Assembly (NCBI GenBank): GCA_017654855.1
Contig: CM030336.1
Coordinates: 2,108,001 to 2,172,000, forward strand
Origin: Podospora anserina
Taxonomy: Eukaryota
Reading direction: 5' to 3'
DNA: 64,000 nucleotides
Below, in pieces: positions 39,601 to 52,222 of the stretch (positions are counted from its first letter, which is position 1; each line of letters starts with the position of its first letter). The position numbers and the translations under genes are program-made. The notes under the pieces are model-generated. The model was not told where the DNA came from and ran no database searches. It worked only from the letters and a program-made list of their open reading frames with translations.

Positions 39601-40273
39601 TAAAGTTATACCGTTCTTTATAAATTGTAAATATAAAACAGACTTATAGTAGGGACTTAACGTTAAAGTACCTAAGGTTAAGGTTAAAGTAAATAAATTA
39701 TATATATTTTATAGTAAACTTAAGTAAAAACTAAAGTTTATAAGAGAAAGGATACGGGAATATTATAATATTAAAAGGCTCGAGGGACCTCGCTTTAAAG
39801 AGGGAAATATAATATTTTTTTCTATATATAATATACGTACTAAAAGACCTAATAAGAAGCTAAATTATAGGAGAGTAAGCTTATTTAAACTTAAAAGGAA
39901 GATCTTAAAAATAATATTCGAATTAAAGCTACCTAATACGATACGTTTAAAGTTATATACTTTTTACATTTTACTTTTAAAAACTATATTACTAATAAAT
40001 AAAACTAATTTTTAAGTAATAATAAAAGATAAAAAAGAAAAATATAATATAAAAAAATATTAGATTTACGGTTTAATAAAGGTTAATTAAAGTATTTAAT
40101 TAATTAATTAAAATATCCGGCTATAAATAATTTATAGGAATTAAAGGTAAACCTTAATTACTTAAATAAATAAAAAGTATTTTACTAATAATATTTAAAC
40201 CGATTAAAACTTAAGTAAATAAAAGATTAATATTTAGGTTTATAAATAGTATTTATAAATTTAAATACCGAAG

Positions 40274-40343
40274 CACCTTAATAGGAATCGAACCTACGTA
40301 TTTAATATAATAATCGATGTACTACATATTATACTACGAGGTT
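40274..40343 (-). pseudogene. tRNA-like cassette, copy 1 (RIP-mutated), inside the retrotransposon
   Basis: Minus strand: aacctcg-tagtataatatgtagtac-...-gtaggttcgattcctat-taaggtg; A-box-like sequence and intact B box GGTTCGATTCC; isotype not readable. Confidence 0.6.
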
Positions 40344-40479
40344 AATAAGTATAACGAAATCTAAGCATAATTAATACTATACGCCTCCACTATTATAAAA
40401 AAGGTCGAAAAAGCATTACTAGCGAGTAAAATAATATTTAAATTTAAAAAAATCTATCGGGTTTTTCTAAATTTAGAAG

Positions 40480-40549
40480 AACCTCGATAGGAATCGAACC
40501 TATACTTTTAATATAGTGGCCGGCGTACTACATACTATACTATAAGGTG
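40480..40549 (-). pseudogene. tRNA-like cassette, copy 2 (RIP-mutated), inside the retrotransposon
   Basis: Minus strand: cacctta-tagtatagtatgtagtac-gccggccactatattaa-aagt-ataggttcgattcctat-cgaggtt; tandem duplicate of copy 1 with about 206-bp spacing. Confidence 0.62.
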
Positions 40550-40649
40550 AAAAGGTATAAGGAAACCCAGTTATAAGTAGTACTATGCGTCCTAACTACT
40601 TTAGGAAGTAAAAAGCGCGCTATCGGTAATACTTTACGGAATTAAAAAA

Positions 40650-41280
40650 GAAAGACCGGCCGTACTAAGATCCAAAGGAAGGTCGGAAGGTTAATCGAAG
40701 TTTAAAGAAGGATCCAGGAAAGAAAAGTTAGAAGGACCCGAGGGAGTAAGATTAGAAGGATAAGCGTTATTAAACGACGGGATAGCCTGCGCGGCCTACC
40801 TAACTTCTTCCTATTCGATACGTTCGGTAACTTCTAACTCGTCGAGAAAGAAGAGGCCGCGGGTAACTATAACGGCTCCTTTATCTATAAGAAATTCGCG
40901 TTAATAACGGTCCTGCGATAAATAAATTAAAGCTTTAAAAACTTTCTATTAAAACTCAACTAAAAAAGTTTTAATAGGTTTTTCTTTTCCTAAAGATAAC
41001 GTTACTCTCGTATAATCTTATTTATTAAAGGAAATTAGTAAAAAAGAAGAGAAAGGTAACGAGAGACTTACGTAATAAAATAGGGATACCGGTACCGTTA
41101 TATAAACGTTTACGACGTACGTAAGCTTTATAACGCTTTACTTTATTTATTATACGGTAGGTTAACCCTTACGAGTTATATTACGAGTAAAATATAACGA
41201 GGAAGCTGTTTTTAATAATATTCTAAGTAAATTTAGTATGGTACTATATAAACGACGATAGAGGTTTTACTATAGATATA
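40650..41280 (-). pseudogene. Antisense accessory gene of the gypsy element: Cys6 Zn-cluster-like N-terminus, intron, coiled coil (boundaries approximate)
   Basis: De-RIP reading MPCSWC.SQGLTCRMM.KVKRCEACVRRGRSCDGTGIP; GTAAGT donor at about 41071; later frame ...QREFL.DKGAVMV.RGL..LDELE..ER.EQEE. Confidence 0.65.
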
Positions 41281-41402
41281 ACGTTAGTTAAACTATTAAA
41301 GGATAAGAAGGAAGACCTACGAAGAAAAGAAGGAAGACGAGAAGAGCGTATACAATCGATAAGACTAGGCTAACGGGACGTTAATCTGGAGGAGGGGCAT
41401 TA

Positions 41403-41772
41403 TGTCACAGACCTAACATAAGTGGGGAGCGCGGGGCGCGACCCGTCCAACCACTAAAACGGAAAAGTAAGGAAGTTAGATTATTATTAACGCTAAGGGT
41501 AATAATTACGATTATCACCAGCCTTCGGTAAACGACGAATAATAATCGACATTATTACTCGTAGTAATAGTGATAAACAGGTCTATATATACGGAGGAAC
41601 TGGCTAGTATAGATAGATAGTTCCGTAGTATGCAATCACAGCTTGTATTCACGGTATCTTGTGTTTACATTGAGACATTTTGTTATGCGCTGTTTAGCCG
41701 CACCGAACTAATTGTCAGAAGTAACCTTCAACCAGTATCCCTTTCAGAGGTTCTGTACAGGGGTTCGTCACA
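41403..41772 (+). repeat. 3' LTR of the full-length family A element
   Basis: TGTCAC...TCGTCACA, preceded by the PPT and followed by TSD GAGGG. Confidence 0.93.
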
Positions 41773-43619
41773 GAGGGCTATAAAATCTTTATTTCAGTGT
41801 TATTTATTACAAAATCTTTTATTTTATAGATTGAATAAATATATTTATTATTAAAAAAGATACTATAAAGGGCTATAGAATTCAGGCTTACATAGTAGTC
41901 GGTATAATATTTTAGAAGTGAAGAAAACTTCGATTATACTCTCCAATAGTAATTAAGTATTAAAGGAATATAAATCATGAAGTTATTATATTAAAATATA
42001 TTAAAGTAATTATTATAACGTAAGTTTATGGAGCCTTGAGTAAATATAGTAAATTTATAGTTCCAAACATATTATAATTAATAAACGTTAAAATAAAGGC
42101 TTTATAGGTCCTTAAACTATTAAGTTAATAAATTTATATAATATAATATTATGACTTAACCTTTCAAATACCTTTTATACTATTTATTATTTATAATGTT
42201 ATCATTAACTTCTTCACTGTTAACCTATCCGTAAATAATATAAATAATACTTTTAACATATTTCTTTCTATATTTTCTTTTCAAATACTATACCCTCCTT
42301 TATTTTTACTATATACCTCTTACATTTATTAATTAAGTTATTAAAATATATTACTTGAATTTTTATTTTCAACAACTTAAATATTAATCAGTTTCTTGAT
42401 TTTTCATAATCAATAATTTTCTTTTTACCACTGTTAATAAATACGTTTAAGAAAACGCCGCTGGAGCGTAATATAAAAGACGGATATAAGAGGCTTGGCT
42501 ACTATAGAAACACTAAAATAAACGCTAATAATAACGTGCTAAAATGACTTTAAATAATAAAATATAGAAAATAAACTATTTCATTATCATTTTAAAAACT
42601 ACTGAATATAATGAACTACTACCTTACTAGTAAAGGGATTTAATATTAATATAATATCACTCCTTACTAAAATTTGAAAAAGACTTACCACTTATCATTA
42701 AAAAAAAACTCCGGTATATTAAATATTATGTTATATTGAAAACTATATTTATTTTCATTATGTTATAAAAACTACATAACCTATATAATCTAAAAACTAT
42801 ACTATTTCAGCTTTTGAAGTGCTGAGTTTTACCAATTAGTAAATAAATATTAATAGATCAATATATCTTCATCTTTTACCTTTAATAAAATTTAAATTAA
42901 TTATTTAGTATCTTCTAACCTTAGGCTAGTAATGAAAAAGTTACTATAGCTTAAAGAAATTTATAACAGATTTAAAGTTATGAAAACGCTTATTAATATT
43001 ATTATATAGCCTCAAAATCTTGAATAAATAATATAATCAAATATTGAATTTATTCAGATACGTGGTATAGCACTGGTATAGCTAGTGGCATTGCACTAGC
43101 ACACATAATTTATAGCTTTCCCACTACTTGTTAGCATTTTAAGCATTTATTATTATTACAACCGTTACTACTTAGTATAGTATAGTAGCTTTATCTATTA
43201 ATAATAACTAGATTTCATACTGTGACGAACTCCAATCCAGAACCTCTGAAAGGGATACTAGTCGAAAGCGCTTCTAAATAATCCAGGTTCAGTATAGATA
43301 AATAGTAGATAATAATGGCTTACTTTAATCAAAATAGTTAAGATACTAACGAATATGATTTATATTATATGTTACGGAACTATTTAATACTTATTAATTA
43401 CAAGTACCCGGCGCCCCGTACACTATTTAACCTACCATTAATTTAATTATAATATTATACCCTTTTTTAATTTAACGGTTTAATAATTAAACTTGTAAAA
43501 TAATAACCGTTCCTCCTTTTTGGTTAATACCTTGATAATAAGTTTCTTCTCTTATACCTCTTTTTTTAAGAAAATCGTGATAATATTTAACCGTATATAA
43601 AAATATTATTATAAAATTG

Positions 43620-44150
43620 AAAAGAATTTCTCTCTTGCCTCGCGAATCTTCTAGTATGGCTTTACTATTATACTTTACTTTACTTATTTTACTTCCCGAA
43701 TCCCTTACATTATAATTCCGGCTCCTTTCGGTATTTAAAATATACACGCTGTAAAGACCTATATAATAGTTTTAACGTAAATTTTACTTATAAACATACC
43801 TTCCGTTTTTCTTTATATTATAGCTAATTACTTTATAATAACCCGAGTAATAAAGGAGTAAAATAAACTAAAGCGTAAAAAGTAAAACCTCAAAAACTAA
43901 CGTGTATAATTAATTACTAAACTCCTCTCGTTAAAATGAATACGTCGTTTCCTCTGTATCAGCAAAAAGCAATTATTCGCGTATAGTATTTAGAAAAAAG
44001 ATACTTAAATAGCATAGTCCGCTACTACCGCCTTATCTAAGCCTTTTAGAATTTCCTCGCGGCCGGCTACCGCCCGAAAGACTACCCCGTAGGATCATCT
44101 CGCTCTAGATCCCTCCTTAAGCCTCGACTAACCCTCCGACTTCCCTCTAA
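43620..44150 (+). pseudogene. Divergent homolog of the antisense accessory gene in the minus-strand gypsy copy (boundaries approximate)
   Basis: De-RIP RCSECTRR...CDG at about 43729-43770 followed by a gtaaat donor-like site, then KLLSLKRIRRFLRISKKQLFARGIQE at about 43920-44000. Confidence 0.5.
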
Positions 44151-47100
44151 ACCCCGGGCTTTTCTTTTTAACCAATCCGGGTACTACCGGTAAAACTCCT
44201 TTAACCTGTTAGGGTAATTAATATACATTACAGAATTTTACGAATCATTATAAGTGAATACTTGAAATTATTAATTAAATACTTTAATTAGCTTTCATTA
44301 ATATATAAATTTGGTATTTTCTTTATATTATAGTTCTCTTTTTGGTTTTTCGCAATTCTTTCAAAAATTAGCCTTACTTATTCATAATACAGATTTTAAA
44401 GGTAAAATATAAATATATATTACCGTAAACGTAGTATATTAAGTAACTTTAACTCGTACGGTATTTGCGATATCATCTTTTTAATCTTCAATTACCTTAC
44501 TCTTTTATAATAGAATTCTTTATTTAGTTTTTCAATACACAAATTATATATAAAAAAGAATAATATATTTCTCCTTTTAAAGTAAAGTCCTTCGGGTCTT
44601 TCAAAGTTATGATACTTACATATTTTTTATATAAGGTCCAATTCTCCTTTAAATTTATTACAAAGTAAATATAATTTGATTACTTTAACTATGATTTTAG
44701 AAACCTTTACTTTGAGTCCTTAACGTAAATTTACCTCTTACTTAGAATTCGCGAAAAAAGATATAATTTATTATTTTAAATGATAATATACTATATAGTT
44801 ACGCTATAAGTAGTAATTTAACCAAATCATTTTACCTGGAATTAGTATAAATTTATGAATATCATTATATGATTTAAGTAAGCCGTTCCGTTTATTCGTC
44901 GGTTTCAAAGAAATAGGTTAATGATATCTTACTCTTTATTTTTGGCCTCTTTACTAATACTCATTAATTGAAATATAAACGTAGTATTGCAATTTTTAAT
45001 AAGCTTTCTCGGTTACATATATAATAATATAATACACCGTGATATTATGTTTACTAATCATTACGCTATTTACGTTTCTTTATACAATAAAAAGTATATC
45101 CATTTACGAGGCTTATAAATGATAAGTAATTTATTATTATATTTAGCGCCGGTTACTATATCCCGACACTTTAATAATTTGATGATAAAGTTTACCATAC
45201 CTAAATTTTATAACCATCTAATTATTTATAATAACTTTAAAGATTCTTAAAACTTATCTTTTATAATGTTAATTTTCTCGTATTTATTGTATAATTAAAT
45301 AACTTCTCTAATATTTTGTAATTTTTGATTAATTATAATACTCGTTAATTTTCTTTATAGTTTAGTAATACTTATATACTTTCCGAAGTTTAGTTCGTAA
45401 ACTTCTTTATTAATACCGTCCTAACACTTAACTTGATATAAACCTGATTTCATATTAATATTATTCCCGACTATCCTTTAAAATACTTACGGCTTTAGAA
45501 TTTTTAAACTTATTATTATTTTGTAGTATTTTTTTCAATTTTCCATTACGATTTCTTAAACAGAATTTATTTATAATACATAATATAATATTTTATTCAT
45601 AATTAAAGTAAATATTTAAACTACCTTCTGGCGTTTTTTTAAAATAGTAATAGTAACTTTATAACTATATTTTTATAATAATCGGCTTACTTGTTAAATA
45701 TATTTACGTTAATACTTTGCGATCCTTTTTTATATTTAATTTAAAAGTTATATTTTAATAGACAGTTTAAATATTTGATTTAGTGAGTATTAAAGACTTT
45801 CATAATCGTAAAGTACTGTAGATTTTAATAGTCCGTATAGACCTGTACTTCGTAATTAGTATTATTAAGATATAACATTTATTCTTTAAATACTTCGATA
45901 ATAATAAATAGTTTTTTATGATAAATTAAGTAATTTTAACGTATTTGGTTTTATTTCTTTAAAAGAAAGTTACAAAATACAATTTCCCATTCTCGTCCCG
46001 CTAATTTAATTATCTTCCGATTATATAGTTTAATATATCCGCAACGACTTTGAATAGTCAAGTAAAGTTTAATAATCTTAATGCCGGATCCTTTAACACA
46101 GTTTCTTTTAAATTCCAGAATATTTACTTTTTTTATTTTTTGCTTTTGCCGCATTTCTTTTTTACATAATTAAACCAACGCGTAATATTTACGTACCTCC
46201 GGATAAATGTCCAATAAAAAGTTTTCCGAAGAAAAGTTTAATGTATATTTATGATTATAACGTAGATTAGTCTTCAATTACTATAATTTTCTTAAAGGTG
46301 TTAGAAACTGTATTCAATAATATTAAACATTTTAAATATACTAATTTCTATATATGAAGTTCGGATTTTATTTATTTATTAAAAGTGCGGCTTTCTATTG
46401 CGCGTTAAGTGTTTTTTGTACATACTTTTTACATTCTTTTAATGTATATAAAGAAATAGAAATATTATTAGAATGATGTATTATTGTTTAATTAAATAAT
46501 GTTACGAGATACTCGATTAAGTGTAAGGTATACAAAGCGCTATTCATTACTTATTTCTTTCCTTGATTCATATATAAGCGTACCTAACTAGTAAATATAA
46601 ATTATTACGTTTTGACTAATTAATTCCGTAGCCTAAACATTTGATGATACTAAATAATTGTTTTGTTACCGTTTAATTGTTTAACTAACGGTAATATATA
46701 TATATATTTGTAAGCCTCAATCTTCTTTAATCGAAAGAAAAAAAGGTAGTTGATTAGTAATATTGATTCTAAAGAAAAATTGTAAATTTTCGTTTAAGTA
46801 CTTTTATAAATCTATAGTTTATTTATCCTTAGTATAATGAACCCTAAATAACCGTGATTTAGCTTCTTCTTTTAACCTAATTCTATAGTTTTACGGTTCT
46901 TATTTTAAAAACCCCTTTAAATATTTAACCGTTAAATACCTCCGATATTATACCGGTAGTGCTTTGTTCTTAGTTATATTATTAGAGTAAATAAATCCAT
47001 TTACTTCCGATATGATTACTAATATTATTAACATCCTTCTCAATTTCACTATTTATATCGGTAAAATGCATTATTATTTTTTATGTTTTTTACGTTGATA

Positions 47101-48144
47101 CTATAAAGGATACTTCTTCTGTACTTTACTTTATAGGTATATTTAGTTTCCTAACGTTAAATAAATATTTTTAAAATTTGCTCGGCTATAAATCATTACT
47201 ATCCCTTTAATGGATATTCAAATTACAGTTTTAAAGTTATAAATGGTTAAAAATTAAATTCTTTAAAAGGTCTTATATTTATAATATCAACTATAAGTAA
47301 AGTTATTTTTCTTTCGACTATAATATTTAAAAATAATGTTGTTCTATAGATTTTTTAAATTAAAAATAATCCTGTTATGGTAAATTATTTCTTCTTTCTT
47401 CTTCTATTGTATTTTAACTTAATATATTAATTATCACGTAGTTAAATTCGTTTCTACACTACTATTTACTGATACTACCGCTTACAGCTTTCTTAATGTA
47501 TTTGAATAATAGTAATATCGTTAATTAATATACAATCATTATTCTATACTTTCGCCTTACGCTCATACTTTTAACGGTATTATTTATAATTCTTTAAAAA
47601 ATAACGGCCCCCGCGAACGACCGTAAATTATTTCTTAGGCTTTATTAGGCTTTAGAAATATTTTGTGACTTCGAGTTGATTTATAACACGAATTTAATTA
47701 GTTATTACCGTTGAAGCTTTTTCCACTTCCTATTTCTTATCCTTTATTAAGTTTTCTTTTAATTATATTTGCAGTTTTAAGTGGTACTCCTAGCCTTTAC
47801 TTCAACCTAAACGTCATAGAGTTTTCTTACTTGTGTTTGTAAGTAAAGATATAATTTAAACGTCTATAATATATTATATTAAATGCTTTCCATTGGGTTA
47901 TTTGTTTCTTTAATTTATTATATAATTTAAGTATTACCTCGTATTTTTAAATTTAACTTATATAACTCAAAGGGTATTTCTTAGTTTAATATAATTCTAT
48001 AATCTCTATAGGAATAGTTATTTAGTTTATTGTACGGTGAATACTATATAATTATTATGCTAATAGTTAATCGAAAACTTCGATTCTTATTTTCATACTA
48101 AACTAATAAGAACTGTAAAAAAACTATCCTTTAGTAATACTATA

Positions 48145-49988
48145 ACGTATATTATAAGCGAGTGACCCATATAAGCGAGTGGCCCACTTCCCACCACACC
48201 GTAACAAACTATCCTCAATTATACTGCAACAACACTAGGAAGCAACTACAATTATATTAGAACGGCTGAATCAGATGATTCCCCAACCTCCTGGCAAGTG
48301 CGCGCGTTATGGCCAGGCTTGCCGCACACACCACAGCACCGAACCCTCGCACGATCTCCCCCTGCATTACTACTATCCGGCTGCGTTTCTTGCACTTCCT
48401 CCCTATCCACGGCCTTCTGATCCAGTAGATCCTGTGCCTCTTGTATAGTAAGTGACCCTATAAGCCTCACATGTGTTTTTTGGCTCTCCGGCACTTACTT
48501 AGTGCCTCATTGGCCTTACGGAGCGAAGAGACCTCTGCACGAAGGAGAGCCACCTGGTGCATTATAGCCGTTATACCCTTAGTAAGCTGGTCTACCGCAG
48601 CCAGCATTGAAGTCGGGGAGCTATTTTGATGGTTAGTAATGCGAGTCTTGATGAGCGTTAACTGTAAGTTAGCTTCTCGGAGTTTTATAGTATCTAGAAT
48701 ACTTAAGGTTATAGAGTGCGGGGCCGTAAAGTCGGGGGTATTAGCGTACGAAGTTTTATATTTAGTTTAGAAAATACCCTTTCTAGATCGTACGGTATAA
48801 AGCTAGTACCCGTAAAACTACCCTATATATTCTTCTCCGTTATAGAAACGAAGAAGGCTTTACGGAAGGTATAGAGGAACTCGACTTTACTTATATAATT
48901 AATATACGTACGTATTAAGTCCTCGATCTGGTAACCGTACGCCTATTTTAGCGGCCCAAAGTAGCTGATATTAAGTGGTTGGAGGAAGTAAGAGGAATGT
49001 GGAGGTATGTAGAGCGTAATAATATTATTCTACTAGTAGTGGCGCTCGAATCCAGTCGAGTAATGGCTTTCGTAGCCATCGAAAATCAATAATCGGTATT
49101 TACCTTTTATATAGGACGCTATATAATAATCGAAATATTTAATTTAATTTAGGCCTATTAAATTAATAGTTTAATTATTATCGGTAATTATAATATACTA
49201 GTCGGCCGGGAAGTTATATTCGGTATATTAGTTAGTAAGGTAGTATTAAGCGATTAAAATAATAAAAAGAGGAATAGCTTAGTTAAAGGTATTAACTCCC
49301 TAAATTACTATTACCTATTCGCGGTTACTAGGCTAGGCTAGTTTCGCTTTACTAAGGCCGTCCGAAATCGTAATTACTATACCCGCGAAAATAATGCCCA
49401 TTATAAACCTAATCTCGTCGAAGTTAGATATATTATTATCTATAATACCGTACTTAACTTTAGTATTCCGTATAAGCGTAAACCACCCGGCAATTACCTT
49501 TAGATCTTCGCACTTAGCCCTCTAGTAGTCGTATCTACGTATAAAACGCGTACGGAGCTATAGCTAGCGTTTAATAAATTTATGGGCCTAGCGTTTACTA
49601 ATAGGAGGCGCGTCGCGTACGCGTAGTAGTTGGTTGGCCATATCTTCTATACTACTTAATCTAGGTGGGAATGCGCGTGTAGAGAGCTCAAGGACGTACT
49701 AAACTATCGTCTACTCCTCCAGATCCGTTAGATTACGTATATTAGCTGGAATATCGCGCCGTACAGACTTACTAGCGCGTCGGCGATAGAGGGTAGTATA
49801 AAGCACAGAATAGAGCCTCGCTGCAGCTTTAAGGCTTAACTTAGGGTCATTTTTAAAGGCTTCAAGTGCAAGAACAACTTTTGCCTCAACTAGAATCGAA
49901 GACATCTTAGTATAGTGGGAGGAAATTAATGTTGCAGGTAGAGACCTATATTGCGTGCGAAATCGATTCACTCGCTTATCAAATACGT
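48145..49988 (-). mobile_element. Fot1/Pot-type (pogo-like, Tc1/mariner superfamily) DNA transposon, 1844 bp, inactivated
   Basis: TIRs ACGTAT(A/T)T(T/G)ATAAGCGAGTGA at both ends, TA TSD. Transposase relic from ATG 49905 (HTH: LSLKAAARLYSV..TTL.RR) through DDE motifs (NFDE.RF, LIFDGYESH, PPHSSYFLQPLNIS) to a C-terminal CGVCGKPGHNARTC knuckle ending at 48252. Confidence 0.93.
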
Positions 49989-52222
49989 TAATATACTATA
50001 TAATACTTTATTTACAAGTAAAATAAATATTTTAAAAATACTTCTAATATTTCCTTAAATAATAATGGTAACTTTCTAGGTATATCTTTATAGTAGTCGG
50101 TTCGCCGGCTATATACGTCTGCCCTAACGCTCTTCAAACCCTTTTATAGTTAATTTAAAAAATTAAGTTCCGAAAGAAACTTTAATTACCGCGTTTATCG
50201 TACGTTAAGGACCTTCGTAATAATAAAATGTCGTAGATTCTTACAGTCCATATAGACTTATATGTTATAATTAATAATATGAACATATAACCTTTACCTT
50301 TTAAATACTTTAATATCAACGCATAACTCGTTATCGTAAATTAAATAACTTTAACGCACCTCCTTTAGCTTTTTCGAAAAGAAAGCTATTAAGTATAACT
50401 TTCTATCGTCGTGTCGCTAACTCAATTATTTATCGATTATACAATTTAATATATCAACTTTAACGTCGAATAATTATTTAGGGTTTAGTAATTTAAAAAC
50501 CGTGTCCTTTAAAATAACTTCTTTTAATTCTTCAACGGCCTACTTTTTTTCTTACCTTTACCGGAACTTTCCGTTTTGTTTAATTAAATAATTACATAGC
50601 CGCGTAATCTTTATATATTTCCGGATAATAATCTAATAGAAATTTCAAAATTTCAAAATTTTCTTAATATATATTCATAATTACGGTATAGGTTAATCCT
50701 TAATTACTATGATTTTCCTAAGTTTTATCCGAAGTTTATTTCATAATATTAAATATTCTAAACATACTATTTTCTACCTTTAAACCCCGTTTTTTTAAAA
50801 AAATTAAAAGTCCGGCTTTATATAGTACGTCGACTATCTCTCGTACACATCGCTTATACTTCTCTAACATACATAAGTAAATAAAAATATTATTGAAATA
50901 ATATATTATTATTTTATTAAAATATTTCCGGATTATATTAATTAACGAAAGATTAAAACGTCGCGGACGTATTAGTTAACCTACATAGTATTATAAAATA
51001 TTCAAAAGAATTATGAGGTATATAAAAGGTTATTTTTAATTTATCCCTTTTTTTAATCCGTATAAAAATATACTTAATAGGTATATTTAAGCCTATGAAA
51101 TATTATGCTTCAATTCATTAAATCCGTACAATAAATATTAATAGTAGTAAATAATTATCTTTTACCGTTTCGTTATTCAATTAGTAATAATCTATATATA
51201 GTTATAAATTACCGTCTTTTCTTAATACAAAAAATATAAGGTATTTTACCAATAATATTATCTCTTTAATATATCCTTTCTTTAGATTTTCGTTTAAACA
51301 CTTGTGTAATTCTTTACTTTATTTATCGTTAGTATTATAAACCTTAAATAACCGTAGCTTAACTCCTTCTCTTAGCTTAATTTTATAGTGTTACGGGCCC
51401 CGCTTTAAAAATCCCTTTAAATATTTAACCGTAAAGGCTAGGTATCCTCGATATTTTGCCGGTACTATCTTTTTCTTTACGTTTTTATAGTATATATATT
51501 TATTAATTTCTGATATTTTTATTAACGTCGTTAAATTTTTTTCTTCAATCTTACCGCCTATATCGATAAAAGATACTATTATTTTTTAAGCTCCTTACGG
51601 TAATACTGTAAAAGGTATTTGCCCTATACTTTACTCTATATATAGTTCTAATATGCTACTGTTAGTTAGATACTTTTAAAGTTCTTTTAGTCGTAAATAA
51701 TGACTATCCCTTTAATCGATATTTAAACTATATTTTTTATATTATAATTACTTGAAGACTGTATTTTTCGAGGGTCCTATGTTTATAATATTAAATAGAG
51801 TTAAAATATTTTTTTTGGACTATAATATCTAAAATTAGTAATTTTGATACACTTTTTACGTCGGAAACAGTTTTTATATTATATTTTATTCCTCTTTTTT
51901 CTCTATAATATTCTAACTTACTATATAAAATATAGCGAAATTAAGTTCGTTTCCGTACTCCTATTTCTTAATATTACCGCTTAAACATTTTTTTAATGCG
52001 CTACAACCTAAAGGTATCTATTTTTCTTACCCTTTTTTTATAGTAGCGACCTCGCTAATAAATATCGAGTCGTTATCCTATACCTTTACTTTACGCCGAT
52101 ACTTTCGATAATATTTTTTATAGTCTGTTAAAGGTTATGAGCCCCCGCGAAGGGCTGTAAGTCGTTTTTTAAATGGTTATGTCGTTAAAAGTATCCTCCT
52201 ATTCCGGGTTATTTAATAACGC

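Larger units (their letters stand above)
34654..41772 (+). mobile_element. Full-length RIP-inactivated Ty3/gypsy chromovirus, family A (gag, pol PR-RT-RH-IN-chromodomain, 3' accessory region)
   Basis: 370-bp LTRs 34654-35023 and 41403-41772; TSD GAGGG (34649-34653 / 41773-41777); PPT ggaggagggg about 41388-41397; RIP-altered CCHC knuckle (about 36305), YLDD (tat ctt aat aat, about 37876) and chromodomain (about 40040-40200). Confidence 0.93.
43221..50200 (-). mobile_element. 5'-truncated RIP-mutated family A-related gypsy copy (3' LTR about 43221-43454, accessory region, chromodomain/IN, RT, PR, part of gag), interrupted by a DNA transposon
   Basis: LTR conserved half tgtgacgaactcc...; internal region is reverse-complement similar to the pol of 34654-41772 (e.g. 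..KEF.R..PDW at about 44170-44210; hairpin at about 47610). Confidence 0.8.

Noticed and set aside
41778-43220. Older RIPed host sequence flanking the full-length element (also about 31550-32338, 32756-33229 and 33875-34648)
   Set aside because: Probably further transposon relics, but I could not find termini or motifs to classify them.
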